64,000 nucleotides of DNA from a bacterium. GTDB lineage: Bacteria > UBA8248. The position numbers and the translations under genes are program-made. Of the stretch, positions 39,961-47,404 are shown piece after piece. Positions within the stretch are counted from its first letter, which is position 1; every line of letters begins with the position of its first letter. A model generated the notes under the pieces. That model did not search any database. It had not been told where the DNA came from and worked only from the letters and a program-made list of their open reading frames with translations. The stretch is from positions 3,712,001-3,776,000 of the forward strand of contig OY843592.1 of NCBI GenBank assembly GCA_963692865.2. Reading direction: 5' to 3'.

Positions 39961-40236
39961 ATGGGGTTGTCCGGCCGAATCAAGCCAATCAGTTATCTCA
40001 AGGCCCATGCCTCGGAAATCATGCGCACGCTTCGTGACGAACAGGAGCCCCTAATCGTCACCCAGAACGGCGAAGCCAAGGCGGTCGTGCAGGATATCGA
40101 CGCCTACGAGCAGACGCAGGAGACCATGGCGCTGCTCAAGATACTTGCGCTTGGTAATCGCCAGATCGAAGCAGGCCGGGTACGGCCTGCCGCCGATCAC
40201 ATCGCGAGGCTGCGGGAGCGGCGACAAACTCCCTGA
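39961..40236 (+). CDS. Phd/YefM-family antitoxin
   Basis: IKPISYLKAH, PLIVTQNGEAKAVVQD; overlaps the toxin start. Confidence 0.9.
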   Translation: MGLSGRIKPISYLKAHASEIMRTLRDEQEPLIVTQNGEAKAVVQDIDAYEQTQETMALLKILALGNRQIEAGRVRPAADHIARLRERRQTP

Positions 40237-40562
40237 TGCCTTTCTCGGTTCAATTGACCGATGACGCGGCGCGCGACCTTGAAGAACTCTACGATTACGT
40301 AGAAAGACACGATGCGCCGGGCAGGGCCGAGAATATTCTGGAGCGGCTCGAAAAGGTATTCGAAAGCCTTTCTGAACATCCCCACCGCGGAAATTACCCG
40401 AACGAATTGTTGGAAATCGGTATTCGAGAATACCGGGAAGTCTTCTTTAAGCCCTACCGCGTCATCTACCAAGTAATGGAAAACGACGTCTATGTGCTCC
40501 TTATCGCCGACGGGCGGCGTGACATGCAGACGTTGCTGCAGCGGCGCTTGCTCCAGACTTGA
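40236..40562 (+). CDS. RelE/ParE-family toxin
   Basis: AARDLEELYDY, PHRGNYP, YREVFFKPYRVIY, IADGRRDM. Confidence 0.9.
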   Translation: MPFSVQLTDDAARDLEELYDYVERHDAPGRAENILERLEKVFESLSEHPHRGNYPNELLEIGIREYREVFFKPYRVIYQVMENDVYVLLIADGRRDMQTLLQRRLLQT

Positions 40563-40689
40563 ACCCCGGCTTGTGTGCTGTTTTCAAAAAGATTGGAGAG
40601 GAAGACGCAGTAGGTTCTGAACAAATGCGTATTTCCCGGGATCGGCCCCGTTCTCGCCAGATGATGAAAACTCCCCGGGGCGGAGTTTG

Positions 40690-42096
40690 TTACGCCGATT
40701 CCGTCTCCGACCTCACGGACGCCCCGCGCGGGACGAACCGGCCGTAGCCCGGCTCCTGCGCGAGCGCCCCGTCTCTCAGGAGCGGCTTTCCGCGCAGGAG
40801 GCTCAGTTCCAGCCGTCCGTTCAGTTCCCATCCCTCGAAGAGCGAGTAATCGGAATTCGTGTGCTGCCCCGCCGCCGTCACGGTCGAGTTTCCTCCGGGG
40901 TCGATCACGACGAGGTCGGCGTCCGAGCCGACCCCGAGCGCGCCTTTCTGCGGGTAGAGACCCAGCGCGCGCGCCGGGTTCTCGCTCGTGAGCTGCACGA
41001 GGCGCTCCTCCGTAATCCGCCCGCGCGCCACGCCCTCGCTGTAGACGACGGGCAGCAGGGTCTCGATGCCGGGCGCGCCGTAGGGCGCCTCGGTGAAGGG
41101 CGGGTCGTTCTTCTGCGCCTTCGTGTAGGGGGCGTGGTCGCTCCCGATGAGGTTGATCCATCCCTCCCGGATCCCCTCCCAGAGCGCTGCGACGTCCGCC
41201 TCCGTCCGCATCGGAGGCGCCACCTTGGCCGGGGCGCCCATCTCGCGCACGGCGTCCCCGGTGAGGGTCAGGTACTGCGGGCAGGTTTCCACGACCATGT
41301 CCTTGCCGGCCGCCAGCCCGCGCCGCGCCTCTTCGAGCGCGAGCGCCGAGGTGAGATGGACGATGTAGAGCGGGCAGCCCGCCAGATCGGCGAGGTGGAT
41401 GGAGCGCGCGACGTTTTCGGCCTCCAGTTCGGGCGGACGCGTGTATTCGAGGAAATCGGCGCCGTCCAGGCCTTCGCCCAGGGCCTTGTTCTCCAGGTAG
41501 TCGATGACCATGCCGTTTTCCGCGTGCACGAGCACGGTGCCGCCGTGCCGCCCCACGATGTCGAGCGCGGCGTAGAAGTAATCGTCCGGGATGCAGCGGC
41601 CCCAGCCCCGTTTCCGGTAGCCCATCATGACCTTGAAGCTCGTGACGCCGCCCTCGACGGCCTTGGGGATATCGGCGAGGTAGTCGAAGTCCTCGAATAT
41701 CCAGGCGTGCAGCGCGAAGTCGACCACGCTCCTCGCCTCGCCCTCCTCGCGGATGCGCTCAAGCGTGGTGAGCATGGTCTCGTTCTCCTCGCCCGTGGCG
41801 AAGGCGACCATGGTCGTCACGCCCCCGTGCGCGGCGCTGCGCGCAACGTCTTCCAGGGAATCGATGTGGCTCGAATACGCCCGGAAGTGGACGTGGGGGT
41901 CGATGACGCCCGGCAGAACGAGCCTGCCCGAGGCGTCGATCACCTCATCGGCCGCGGGCATGCTCTCGGGCGCGCCCACGCAGGCGACCCTCCCGTCGCG
42001 AACGCCGACGGCGGCCTCCTGCCTGCCGTGGCCGGATACGACCGTGCCGCCCGCAACGATCAGGTCGAGCGGTTTCTCGTGGGTTCTATCCGTCAT
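40690..42096 (-). CDS. Cyclic amidohydrolase (dihydropyrimidinase/allantoinase family)
   Basis: PGVIDPHVH, GGVTT, SFKVMM, VHAEN, YIVH, ETCPQYL, GSDHAP, ENPAR. Confidence 0.9.
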   Translation of the reverse strand: MTDRTHEKPLDLIVAGGTVVSGHGRQEAAVGVRDGRVACVGAPESMPAADEVIDASGRLVLPGVIDPHVHFRAYSSHIDSLEDVARSAAHGGVTTMVAFATGEENETMLTTLERIREEGEARSVVDFALHAWIFEDFDYLADIPKAVEGGVTSFKVMMGYRKRGWGRCIPDDYFYAALDIVGRHGGTVLVHAENGMVIDYLENKALGEGLDGADFLEYTRPPELEAENVARSIHLADLAGCPLYIVHLTSALALEEARRGLAAGKDMVVETCPQYLTLTGDAVREMGAPAKVAPPMRTEADVAALWEGIREGWINLIGSDHAPYTKAQKNDPPFTEAPYGAPGIETLLPVVYSEGVARGRITEERLVQLTSENPARALGLYPQKGALGVGSDADLVVIDPGGNSTVTAAGQHTNSDYSLFEGWELNGRLELSLLRGKPLLRDGALAQEPGYGRFVPRGASVRSETESA

Positions 42097-42273
42097 GAAA
42101 ACCTCCCTTGGGGACAGCCGCCCGAGACGGGGCAAACCGTCGCTTCACGCCGTCTCCTCGTTCGTGAAACGACCCGGCATCGAGGCGGTAATCGAACTTT
42201 GGCGCTTTGGCCGATCAGGGGGGAAGCATACCATAAAACCCGGGCGGGCCGCCCCTTTCAACGCAAGCGCCAC

Positions 42274-44002
42274 TCAACACGCAGGCCGTGCGCTCTCCGC
42301 CACGCGGACAATCGCATCCAGCGTTTCAGCGATTTCGGGAGCAATTTCCTCTTCGGGAACATGGGAGGCGAGTTCATAAAACTGCTTCTTGGCCATGAGG
42401 TTGGGCAAACTCGAGTTTGTCGAAATACGTCTGGAACAAAGGGGTGAGGAAGTCATCGCTCGCCTTGATGTCGTCTCCCCATGGCGAACCTCTGCCGAGC
42501 CTCTCCAGGGCCCCTTCTATCTCGGCGATGGCTTCGCCCATCGCCCCGAGCCGCTTATCCACTTGCGGTGTGAAGAGGGTCTGTTCTCCCAGGTCCGCAG
42601 AACCTCGCGCATAGTCCTCCAGGGTCGCCCGGGTGCAGAAATAGTTTTCGATTTCGCACCTTCGCCACATCAGGCATTGAAGAGCGCCGCTCTCCGGCAT
42701 ACCGGCTTCGAGTCGGTCGAAGAGCGCCACGCCCTGAAGCGCCGGACACGCTTCCCTCAGACCGTGATAGTGGTCTGCGGCCTGCCTCGGCTGGTTCCCG
42801 ACGTAATGCGCGAAAGGCCGCTCCAGCGCCTTTACCGCCCTCTCATGGCCGAGGCGTTCGGCGAAAGCCCGCAATATCGCCAGATCCGTCGAGCCTTCCA
42901 GGTAAAACACCCAGCCCGTCTGTTGGGCCTGGTAATACTGATCGAATCCGATCTCGCGGAGCGCCTTCTGCACTTGGCTCCCCTTGTCGTCGATGCGGTG
43001 AGGCGCGCCGACGAAGGCGATGACCATATCCTTGCCTGCGGCTTCGTTCAAAAGAACTTCCGAATGGCTCGCCGCGATGATCTGGTTGCCGCGTTCTTCC
43101 GCTACGTCGGTGATCAGCCTGTAGATTTGCCGCTGCCGAAGAATTTCGAGGTGCGCGTCGGGTTCGTCCAGAAGGATGACCGCGCCGGGATTCGCGTACA
43201 TATACGCTAAGAGCAACAGGGTTTGCTGCAAACCCCGTCCGCTGGAGGAGAGATCGAGGAGCGTTTCATGCTCTCGGTAATCCATCACTATCTCCCCCCG
43301 TTCCGCAACGTAGCGGGGGTCGTTGAGTCTGGAGCCGAACAGGTCGTCAATCCGGCCCACCAATTCTTTCCATCGCTCCGGATCATCGCTCTTCACCTTG
43401 AAGCAGAGATTGCGCAACACCTCCGCCGTGCGCCCTTCTCCCACCCGCACGTTCACGGCCCCTTGATCGAGCCGCGTTTCCGTGGCCGCAAGACCGGACA
43501 TCGGGGGGAGGAAAGCGATTTGCGTGGAGCCGGCCTCCTCGGGCACCGGCATTCGGTCCGGCGTCTTGCCTTCACCTCTGCGCAACGGCCTGCAATAGAA
43601 CGACTCGGGGTTCGCGTAGTCGAATTCGAGGCCGCAGGTCCACGCCTTGTCTTGCGAGACTCCCTCGACGATTAAGTCGATCCGTATGTTGTCCGTCCGC
43701 TGGCTGCCTTCGACTTTCTGCACGATCCTCGTGTGGAGTTCGCGCCACAGGAGAGCCGCGTTCGGAACGGGAGTGGCGAGGAGGTCCCTGCGATTGATGG
43801 TGACGCCCGGGCGATTCTCCGGCGCCGTTTTGCCTGAGCGTTTCTCCTTCCAGCGCTTCAGCCCGATGTCCCAAAGGGCCAGGGCCTGCATGGCGGAGGT
43901 TTTACCCGAATTGTTCGGGCCGATGAACACCACGGGGTTCCCCAACTCGATCTCCACCTCGCCGAAACGCTTGAAGTTGCGGACGGTGAGTTTGGTGAAC
44001 AT
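42274..44002 (-). CDS. ABC/AAA_21-type ATPase with TOPRIM-like domain (OLD-like); apparent 1-bp frameshift near 42410
   Basis: RNFKRF, GPNNSGKT, SSGRG, LLDEPDAHL, ASHS, YLEGSTD, EIENY. A protein-like tail LPNLMAKKQFYELA...LDAIVRVAE continues in another frame to 42274. Confidence 0.75.
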
Positions 44003-44158
44003 GGGAGAACTCCTCGCGGTTTCAATTCGCGATCAGGGCGCGCATTCGTTCCATCAAATAGGCAGACAACATATCACGAAGGGCGGTAAGAACACGGCTG
44101 TGGAAACATTAAACCCGATTTTTCGAGCTGAAACTAGCCCGTAGGGGCGGTTGCGGCT

Positions 44159-44204
44159 TTACCTCACCACTTCCCGGCGCGCCTGCTCAATGCGCGTCCG
44201 ACCG
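44159..44204 (-). repeat. Displaced copy of the aceE-like gene 3' end (encodes RIEQARREVVR*)
   Basis: Colinear with 45367-45412 (39/46 identical) and with 47405-47450. Confidence 0.7.
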
Positions 44205-44302
44205 CTCCGGAAGGCGTCGCAGCCCTCGCGCGGGAGGCCGCTCCGGTCGAACCGGCCCGCGCCCACCGCGCCTCCCGCGATTTATTTTTCCGAAACAAGC
44301 CC

Positions 44303-44331
44303 TTGACAAAACCAGCCTGATTTTTCATCAT
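44303..44331 (+). promoter_or_regulatory. Sigma70-type promoter
   Basis: TTGACA at 44303, 17-bp spacer, CATCAT at 44326; AT-rich upstream tract. Confidence 0.55.
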
Positions 44332-44335
44332 GCTC

Positions 44336-44443
44336 TCGCCAAACAAATCCCAAGGCCCTGAAGTCGGGCCGCCTGCCGAATACAAGACCGCTTCCTTGCG
44401 GAAATAGGCAGGAACCCCTTCACAATTGGGATTTGTTTGGCGA
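44336..44443 (+). ncRNA. Candidate structured leader/small RNA of unknown family
   Basis: Perfect 18-bp inverted repeat (TCGCCAAACAAATCCCAA / TTGGGATTTGTTTGGCGA) encloses GGCCC/GGGCC and CCTGCC..CCGC/GCGG..GGCAGG stems. It begins at the predicted transcription start. Confidence 0.45.
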
Positions 44444-44503
44444 CCGACCCGGCCTCACTGGGAGGTCGGAGAAATCTCAACACCTGCAAGGGGGAAAGTC
44501 AAA

Positions 44504-44872
44504 ATGAAAAAGCTGCTGATCGTTTGCGCCGTCTTGATGTTTGTTTTCGTCTCAGCACCGGACACGAGAGCCGAGACGAAGGAAGAAAGAATGCTGGTCT
44601 GCTCCAAAACATTGAAGAACCTAGGCGCATCAAAGGATGTGATCGCCGGAGTCTGCAAGAGCTACGGGAATTCGAAGCAGAAATTCCTGACGCCGAAAGT
44701 AATAGAACTCATGGAAACGCGGACTACGTATACAGCGTTCTGCGGATGGGTGCGGGACCTTCTGGCGAGCGGAGGCAATCTAAATGACAGGAATATGTGG
44801 GGCGTAGGGTGCGCTCCCGCTCACTTGTCGGACGGCCAGATCGGGCGACACGGACGAAGCTACGGAAATTAA
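44504..44872 (+). CDS. Hypothetical secreted Cys-containing protein
   Basis: Purine-rich RBS; MKKLLIVCAVLMFVFVSA signal peptide; four Cys in the mature region. Confidence 0.7.
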   Translation: MKKLLIVCAVLMFVFVSAPDTRAETKEERMLVCSKTLKNLGASKDVIAGVCKSYGNSKQKFLTPKVIELMETRTTYTAFCGWVRDLLASGGNLNDRNMWGVGCAPAHLSDGQIGRHGRSYGN

Positions 44873-44940
44873 AATCCCCGTTGCGGGGCATGGTGCTCTT
44901 TTCTCGGAGGAAAGGGCGCGGAGCGGATGCCCCGCAGCCT

Positions 44941-44968
44941 AAAGCCCCTCTCTATCGGAGGGGCTTTT
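44941..44968 (+). terminator. Terminator/attenuator hairpin upstream of the lipoprotein gene
   Basis: AAAGCCCCTC-tctatcg-GAGGGGCTTTT. Confidence 0.6.
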
Positions 44969-44988
44969 CGCTTCTGGAGGAAACTGAA

Positions 44989-45312
44989 ATGACACGTCTG
45001 GCGATCGGCGTCATGGCGCTTTTGTTTCTTGCCGCCTGCTCGACTACGGCGGTGGAAATCGACCAAGAAAACACCGCTCTCAAGGTGAAAGCGACTACGC
45101 AAATTCCACTCATAGATGATCTGGATATGCTTATGGAGGATACACGCTCAAGGGTTGAAAAAGTGTGCAGATTCAACCAGGCCCATAAAAACCTTAACAT
45201 CAAGAAGATAGGTGAAATAGTAGGAGTAACGAAGGGAATTTTGGGTTTATTCCCCGTGCACAGCTATACGTGGTCCGGCACGTGTTCGAAAAACCCTGTT
45301 ATTTCTCAATAG
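44989..45312 (+). CDS. Hypothetical lipoprotein
   Basis: GGAGG RBS; MTRLAIGVMALLFLAAC lipobox (LAAC). Confidence 0.72.
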   Translation: MTRLAIGVMALLFLAACSTTAVEIDQENTALKVKATTQIPLIDDLDMLMEDTRSRVEKVCRFNQAHKNLNIKKIGEIVGVTKGILGLFPVHSYTWSGTCSKNPVISQ

Positions 45313-45366
45313 ACAAACCAAAACCAAGGCTGCCGCACATCAAAGCGCACGCGCTCCCATAACCCC

Positions 45367-45412
45367 CTACCCCGCCGCCTCCCGGCGCGCCTGCTCAATG
45401 CGCATCCGGCCG
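45367..45412 (-). repeat. Displaced copy of the aceE-like gene 3' end (encodes RIEQARREAAG*)
   Basis: Colinear with the live gene end 47405-47450 (HIESACREAVG*), 34/46 identical. Confidence 0.7.
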
Positions 45413-45548
45413 CCTCGGCGGGCGCGCGCGTCGATGCGCCCGAGATCAGGCGCGCCGAGTGCGGCGAACAACGCGACCGCGCGCGGCGGGCGTATTCCGC
45501 CTCCGCGCTGGGCGGTCGCCCGAAAGCCGCCCCGCTCCGCGGCGGGGC

Positions 45549-47144
45549 TTATGAGAGCTGCTTCGAAGCCGCCCGCAGGCCGACCCAGGTGCTGTAGCAC
45601 ATCGCCAGGAGCACCAGGGTGAACGGCAATCCGGTCGAGACCGTCATCGCCTGCAGGGCGCTCAGCGCTTCGGCGCCGCCGACCAGCAGCAGCACCGCCG
45701 CCACCAGCCCCTCGAACGTGGCCCAGAACACCCGCTGGCTCTTCGGCGCGTTTTCCTTGCCGCCCGCGGTGATGGTGTCGATCACCAGCGAGCCGGAGTC
45801 CGACGAGGTAACGAAGAACACCAGCACCAGGATGATGCCGATGAACGAAAGCAGCCCGCTCAGCGGGAACTGCTGGGCCATGACGAACAGCTTGACCTCC
45901 AGGGCCGCGCTCGCCACCGGCGCCTTGGCGTTGGCCATCACCTGCGAGATCGCCGCGCCGCCGAACGCGGCCATCCAGATGGTGCAGACCAGGGTCGGAA
46001 TCAGGATGACGCAGATCACGAATTCGCGCACCGTGCGGCCGCGCGAGACCCGCGCGATGAACATGCCGACGAACGGCGACCACGATACCCACCAGGCCCA
46101 GTAGAAGGAAGTCCAGCCCCGGGCGAAGTTGGCGTCTTCGCGGCCGAAGGGCATCGACAGCGGGACGAGCTCCTTGACGTAGGCGAGCCCGCCGCTCAGC
46201 GCGGTGGCGAGTATCTCGCCGGTGGGGCCGAGGAGGATGACCGCCAGCAACAGGAGAAACGCCAGCACCATGTTGATTTCGGACAGCACCTTGACCCCGC
46301 CGTCGAGGCCGCGCAGCACCGACGCCAGGGCGAGGCCGGTGATGATCGCGATCAGCACCACGACGGCCACCGCGCCGGTGCCCCAGCCGTACAGGAAATT
46401 GAACCCCGCCAGCGCCTGGGTGGTTCCGAAGCCGAGCGAGGTGGCCAGCCCGAACAGGGTCGCGAACACCGCCAGGGTGTCGACGATGTGCCCCCACCAG
46501 CCCCACACCCTCTCGCCCAGGATCGGGTAGAACGCCGATCGCAGCGTCAACGGCAGGTTGTGGTTGTAGGCGAAGAACGCGAGCGCCAGGCCCACCACCG
46601 CGTAGATCGCCCACGGGTGCAGTCCCCAGTGGAAGATGCTTGCGGCCATGGCCAGATCGCGCGCTTCGGCGGCGGCGCCGGCCGCGCCGGCGAGCGGCGC
46701 CCAGTCGGTGCGCACCCCGTTCTCGACCGACGCGCCGCCTATCGACGACGCGTAGTGCGAGAGGGGCTCGGAGACGCCGAAGAACATCAGTCCGATGCCC
46801 ATGCCGGCGGCGAACAGCATGGCGAACCAGCCGGGATAGCCGAAATCCGGGGTCGCGTCCTGGCCGCCGAGACGGACCTTCCCGACGGGCGGAAGCATCA
46901 GCAACACGGCGAAGATCACGAACAGGTTGCCCGCCGAAAGGAAGAACCAGTCGAAGGCGCCGGTGATGGCCGGGCGCAGCCAGCCGAAAAACGCCGCCGC
47001 CTGGGCCTGGAATATCAGCGTGCACGCGACGAATACGATGATGCTAAGTCCCGAGATCACGAATACCGGATTGTGGATATCCAGCCCGAAGGGCGTGATG
47101 TTGTCCTGCCCGATACGGTAGCTGGATTGCTTCGACTCATCCAT
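45549..47144 (-). CDS. BCCT-family (betaine/choline/carnitine) transporter
   Basis: WFAMLFAAGMGIGLMFFGVSEP, FHWGLHPWAIY, WTSFYWAWWVSWSPFVGMFIARVSRGRT, FFVTSSDSG. Confidence 0.94.
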   Translation of the reverse strand: MDESKQSSYRIGQDNITPFGLDIHNPVFVISGLSIIVFVACTLIFQAQAAAFFGWLRPAITGAFDWFFLSAGNLFVIFAVLLMLPPVGKVRLGGQDATPDFGYPGWFAMLFAAGMGIGLMFFGVSEPLSHYASSIGGASVENGVRTDWAPLAGAAGAAAEARDLAMAASIFHWGLHPWAIYAVVGLALAFFAYNHNLPLTLRSAFYPILGERVWGWWGHIVDTLAVFATLFGLATSLGFGTTQALAGFNFLYGWGTGAVAVVVLIAIITGLALASVLRGLDGGVKVLSEINMVLAFLLLLAVILLGPTGEILATALSGGLAYVKELVPLSMPFGREDANFARGWTSFYWAWWVSWSPFVGMFIARVSRGRTVREFVICVILIPTLVCTIWMAAFGGAAISQVMANAKAPVASAALEVKLFVMAQQFPLSGLLSFIGIILVLVFFVTSSDSGSLVIDTITAGGKENAPKSQRVFWATFEGLVAAVLLLVGGAEALSALQAMTVSTGLPFTLVLLAMCYSTWVGLRAASKQLS

Positions 47145-47404
47145 GGCTCCCTCCCCCCTTGGATACACCGGGTTGTTTTCATCGGTCATGAAATCTTTCG
47201 CCCGATGAAACGATGATGGACTCCCATTTCTTGAACGTCGTTCGGAACCAGCATTCCATGAGACGCAACCCAAACGCAAGCGGACTCGTCAAAACTCCCG
47301 CGCATCCCGGCGCGTTTTTGCCCGATCGTCGCGGAGCCTTTCCCAAAAACCCGGCTCGCCTGCGCTCGCGCGCCGGCGCCCCGACGAGCAGGGAATGAAC
47401 CTTT

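Noticed and set aside
44336-44443. Retron msr-msd suggested by a1/a2-like inverted repeats
   Set aside because: No reverse transcriptase in the window and no long msd stem.
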